Shown here one piece after another: positions 63,776 to 64,000 of a stretch of DNA of 64,000 nucleotides (position 1 is its first letter; the number at the start of each line of letters is the position of its first letter). The notes beneath the pieces were generated by a model that was not told the DNA's origin, ran no database searches, and saw only the letters and a program-made list of their open reading frames with translations. This stretch comes from Vicinamibacteria bacterium (GTDB lineage Bacteria; Acidobacteriota; Vicinamibacteria; Vicinamibacterales; JAENWD01), in the NCBI GenBank assembly GCA_963796915.1, contig CAWCNI010000002.1, positions 72,565 to 136,564 on the forward strand, in the 5' to 3' direction. The position numbers were made by a program, and so were the translations under genes.

Positions 63776-64000
63776 ATGAGCGAGCCTTTACCCCCAACGC
63801 CGGCATCGGCACACTCCCCGGATCCCGCGCGGTGGTACGCCGTCTGGACCAGGAGCCGGCACGAGCAAGTCGTCCGCACACAGCTCGACGACAGGGGCAT
63901 CGCCGCGTTCCTGCCGACGATCTCGCGGTGGAGCCGGTGGAAGGATCGCAAGAAGCAGATCGAGGTGCCGCTGTTTCCGGGCTACGTGTTCGCACGATTC
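63776..64000 (+). CDS. NusG paralogue (UpxY/LoaP-like antiterminator), truncated by window edge
   Basis: Manual translation WYAVWTRSRHEQVV...FLPT...WKDRKKQIEVPLFPGYVFARF. Confidence 0.88.
   Translation, partial: MSEPLPPTPASAHSPDPARWYAVWTRSRHEQVVRTQLDDRGIAAFLPTISRWSRWKDRKKQIEVPLFPGYVFARF

Overview
High-GC chromosomal window, probably from Acidobacteriota (Vicinamibacteria-like; inferred from the acidobacterial PadR + duplicated orphan permease pair). It spans the replication origin. From 1 to 20 kb is accessory DNA: a beta-propeller hybrid sensor kinase, an ECF sigma cassette, a TolB-like protein, a c-di-AMP riboswitch with a kimA-like gene, sugar oxidoreductases, tRNA-Ser and PadR/ADOP. From 20 to 64 kb is core genome: serS, galU, rsmI-glmU-glmS-pcrA, gyrAB, dnaN-oriC-dnaA, rpmH-rnpA-yidD-yidC-jag-rsmG, parS-parAB-selD, an AbrB/Doc-like pair, a partial ATP synthase operon, wzm/wzt, mfd, a SurA-like gene and a truncated NusG paralogue. 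Main signals: (1) all six frameshifts I found sit at GTAC, suggesting a DNA modification leaving sequencing errors; (2) ATP synthase gamma carries an inserted loop with an EF-hand-like DxNxDG motif at the site of the chloroplast/cyanobacterial regulatory insertion; (3) a GTAG-type REP family appears as a tandem array, as inverted pairs, with a nested second element and with a duplicated gene tail; (4) an intact Doc homologue has lost its catalytic Fic residues. No CRISPR, prophage or transposase was seen.
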